DNA from: Pyrobaculum calidifontis JCM 11548
GTDB lineage: Archaea; Thermoproteota; Thermoprotei; Thermoproteales; Thermoproteaceae
DNA length: 32,000 nt
Assembly: GCF_000015805.1 (NCBI RefSeq)
Contig: NC_009073.1
Coordinates: 690,001-722,000 of the forward strand
Reading direction: 5' to 3'
Positions 30,217 to 32,000 of this stretch are shown here, piece by piece. How positions within the stretch are numbered: the stretch's first letter is position 1; the number at the start of each line of letters is the position of its first letter. The translations under genes and the position numbers were made by a program. Under the pieces are notes generated by a model. The model was not told the DNA's origin. It was given only the letters and a program-made list of their open reading frames with translations, and searched no databases.

Positions 30217-30797
30217 GTCGGGCCAATAGGCGCGCCGACCCCCTCCGCATAGCCCTTGAGAGGCTTAGGCGGGACTTCCCCGGGAAAAGCCGCTCTTGGA
30301 TCAAAAGGGCTTTGTTGAGACTGCCGTATGTGCGTGAAGTAAGAGATGGCCTCTACGTCGTGGAGGGCGTGAGGGAGCTGGGGGATTGGAAGCCCCTCTA
30401 CCAAGTGTGGTGGAGCGGGCGGGAGGGGCGTTGGGAGTGCACGTGTTATTATTCGACGTGGGGGTGGAGGAGGCGGAGGGGCATATGCACACACGTGGCC
30501 TCTGTCCTCCTCTATCGCCGCTTCAAGAGGGCGGTGGAGGCAGTTGAGAACCGCCCCGTCTACTTCGCATCAGCTGAGGTGGAGTGTGTAAACGTGAAGG
30601 TGAGGGGGTCGCTGGAGCACCGCATCACCCCCCTCGAGAAGGCTGGGTCGCTCCTCGACTTCGCCAGGGGGAGGCGGTATGTAGTTTACATAATCGCCGA
30701 GGGGCCGTCTGCCGAGCTGTTGTGCGACGGGTCGCCGGTGGAGCTGGCGTGGGAGAGGCTCAGCCTAAAAGTGGCCAAGGCCCTCCTAGAGGGCTGA
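30213..30797 (+). CDS. SWIM zinc-finger protein
   Basis: WECTCYYSTWGWRRRRGICTHVASVLLY fits the SWIM pattern CxC-x(n)-CxH. GTG 30213 forms a GTGA overlap with the ATPase stop; the longer track ORF from 30042 would overlap the ATPase gene. Confidence 0.7.
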   Translation: MSRANRRADPLRIALERLRRDFPGKSRSWIKRALLRLPYVREVRDGLYVVEGVRELGDWKPLYQVWWSGREGRWECTCYYSTWGWRRRRGICTHVASVLLYRRFKRAVEAVENRPVYFASAEVECVNVKVRGSLEHRITPLEKAGSLLDFARGRRYVVYIIAEGPSAELLCDGSPVELAWERLSLKVAKALLEG

Positions 30798-30820
30798 GGC
30801 GCCCCTAGAAGACGGTCGGC

Positions 30821-30999
30821 GCCTTTTCCCGCAGTCCTCACATAGGCTTTCTCCAGACGCCTTTCTCCCTCGACGTCTTTTCCCACGGCCCTTGCGCCGT
30901 CTCTCTTCGACGTATTCTCCCGCAGTTTTTACGCCGTGTTTACGTAGCGTGTGTCCACTATTGTTCTTCTGAGGCTTTCAGGGGCGTTGGGTTTTTCCC
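30821..30999 (+). promoter_or_regulatory. repeated pyrimidine-rich boxes upstream of the pilin-like gene
   Basis: CGACGTCTTTTCCCACGG (30871-30888) and CGACGTATTCTCCCGCAG (30908-30925) match at 14/18 positions. Related TTTTCCCGCAG (30824-30834), TTTCTCCC (30862-30869) and TTTTTCCCC (30992-31000) are also present, the last at the TATA position for ATG 31020. Confidence 0.45.
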
Positions 31000-31019
31000 C
31001 TTCGGCGTAGGCCACTCCC

Positions 31020-31481
31020 ATGCCCAAACCCGCGTTTGCGGCAGTGGCGCTGGCCGCGCTTGTGCTGGCACAGCTCGCAGTGGCGCAGGCCACAACTACG
31101 CCTGCCAGCGGCGGCGGTGGCGGCGGCGTTACCAGCGTGGAGTTTTGGCAGAACATCGCCTCTGGCGTGGGGAAGTGGCTTAGGGCAATATTCGCCATCG
31201 CCTTCTGGTCTTCTCTCATCTTGTTGACCTTCTACGCCATTATGACCCAAGTGGCGCCCTCCAAGGTCTTCCGGCTGGGCGCATTGGTGGACCTCATCGA
31301 GAGCGTGAAGACTGTGTTGTTAGGCATCTTCGTCTTCACAGCCTCCGTCACCGGCATTATCGCAGGCGTGGCGGCCATAGCCAACGCCTTCGGCGCCTCC
31401 TTCGGAGTATCGCCAATCGACGTAGTAAACGCCCTCATATTCCAGCCAATAGTAGACATGGTAAAAGTGGTAACTGGGTAG
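31020..31481 (+). CDS. VirB2/TrbC/CedA1-like conjugative-type pilin candidate
   Basis: Signal peptide MPKPAFAAVALAALVLAQLAVAQA, then TTTPASGGGGGG. Two long hydrophobic helices (WLRAIFAIAFWSSLILLTFYAIM and TVLLGIFVFTASVTGIIAGVAAIANAF) are joined by a charged loop. This is the helix-loop-helix hairpin architecture of T4SS pilins. The call rests on architecture only. Confidence 0.55.
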   Translation: MPKPAFAAVALAALVLAQLAVAQATTTPASGGGGGGVTSVEFWQNIASGVGKWLRAIFAIAFWSSLILLTFYAIMTQVAPSKVFRLGALVDLIESVKTVLLGIFVFTASVTGIIAGVAAIANAFGASFGVSPIDVVNALIFQPIVDMVKVVTG

Positions 31482-31485
31482 GGCA

Positions 31486-32000
31486 ATGACGCTTACCTCA
31501 AACACGCCCCTTTTTTCCACCTCTCCTTCCCTCTCCTCGCCTACTCCCTCGCCCTCCCTAGCCCTCTTCCTCCCCTCCACAGGCATACCAGTGCTGGACG
31601 TGGGGCTGGCTGTGCTGGGGGCCATGGCCACATACGGCGCAATTCTCTGGCTCATGGGGGTTAGGCGCCTTAGGGAGGAGGCTGTGGACGCCTTTCTACA
31701 CGCCATATTCGGCGCGGCGCTGTTCGCAGTGGCCCTCGTCATTGGGAACTTGGCGGTGCAGGCCGCTTCGGCCTACTACGACTATGCCAATGTAAGCAAA
31801 TTGTGCTTCAACCTCGCCGGCCAGCCGAGCTTGCTCGACGACTATAGGCGCTGGATTAACGCCACTATGAGGTGCGCCGCGGGCAACTTCTCAAGGTACG
31901 CAGACGCCGCCGCGGCCACACTGTCTGACATGTTCACCGGCGTGGCTGTGCTCGGCTTGCTCCCCGTGGTTCAGCAGTTCGCCTTCTCCTTCATGCAGAT
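31486..32000 (+). CDS. polytopic membrane protein, 5' part only (VirB6/TrbL/CedA-like candidate); runs off the window
   Basis: ATG 31486 lies 5 nt after the pilin-like stop, and the frame is open to nt 32000 (171+ codons; absent from the track because no stop is reached). The sequence begins with a Ser/Pro/Thr-rich N-terminus, then reads GIPVLDVGLAVLGAMATYGAILWLMG, FLHAIFGAALFAVALVIGNLAV and FTGVAVLGLLPVV. Confidence 0.5.
   Translation, partial: MTLTSNTPLFSTSPSLSSPTPSPSLALFLPSTGIPVLDVGLAVLGAMATYGAILWLMGVRRLREEAVDAFLHAIFGAALFAVALVIGNLAVQAASAYYDYANVSKLCFNLAGQPSLLDDYRRWINATMRCAAGNFSRYADAAAATLSDMFTGVAVLGLLPVVQQFAFSFMQ

Larger units (their letters stand above)
19392..32000 (+). other. conjugation-like / DNA-import-like (T4SS-related) gene cluster, possibly an integrated plasmid-derived element; its right end lies outside the window
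   Basis: All genes are on the plus strand, and many have 4-8 nt start/stop overlaps. The cluster contains a ParA-like ATPase, two HerA/VirB4-superfamily ATPases, pilin-like and polytopic membrane proteins, a secreted protein, a RadA paralogue and a SWIM protein. The remaining ORFs are unrecognisable. Confidence 0.5.

Noticed and set aside
1-32000. CRISPR arrays, rRNA genes, IS elements and transposases
   Set aside because: Visual inspection of the non-coding stretches and the ORF translations showed no regularly spaced repeat array, no rRNA-like sequence, no DDE/IS200-type transposase motif and no terminal inverted repeats.

Overview
This is a GC-rich, leaderless-style archaeal chromosome window. 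TATA-like boxes sit about 23-28 nt upstream of most start codons, and many start/stop codons overlap. The gene content looks like Thermoproteales/Pyrobaculum; a 298-aa Mn catalase is the kind described from Pyrobaculum calidifontis (organism call is inference only). The window has four blocks. (1) 1-13.6 kb is core or semi-core. It holds a copper/redox-stress cluster: P1B-ATPase C-terminus, Mn catalase, thioredoxin-DsbD fusion, DUF411/CopG-like protein, a Gly/Trp-rich CPMC micro-protein, a membrane-tethered wHTH and a Met/Gly-rich PepSY-like protein. These genes share a recurring GTTTCAC promoter box. The block also holds an FHA protein, futalosine-pathway menaquinone genes (MqnA-like plus two radical-SAM MqnC/MqnE-type paralogues), a heptad-repeat coiled-coil protein, an isomerase-like gene and a 2-hydroxyacid dehydrogenase homologue with TPW in place of the catalytic TPH motif. 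(2) About 14.04-17.99 kb is a sharply AT-rich island. Hand counts of sample lines give 19/60 G+C at 14221-14280 versus 44/60 at 12541-12600. It carries a frameshifted gamma-class N6-adenine DNA methyltransferase and an orphan 381-codon gene, and a start-less ORF remnant sits at its left edge. (3) 18.0-19.4 kb holds a NIF3-family gene, then a 0.5-kb AT-rich non-coding spacer with direct repeats and a perfect 12-bp palindrome. (4) 19.4 kb to the window end (continuing beyond it) is a plus-strand-only, translationally coupled cluster of mostly unrecognisable genes. Its recognisable parts are a ParA/VirC1-like ATPase, a membrane-anchored VirB4/HerA-superfamily ATPase, a large secreted sequon-rich protein, a divergent full-length RadA paralogue, a second HerA-like ATPase, a SWIM zinc-finger protein, a VirB2/TrbC-like pilin candidate and a polytopic VirB6/CedA-like candidate. 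I read block 4 as an archaeal conjugation-like or DNA-import (Ced/Ted-type, T4SS-related) apparatus, possibly of integrated-plasmid origin, and it is the main lead. I found no rRNA, tRNA or CRISPR array.
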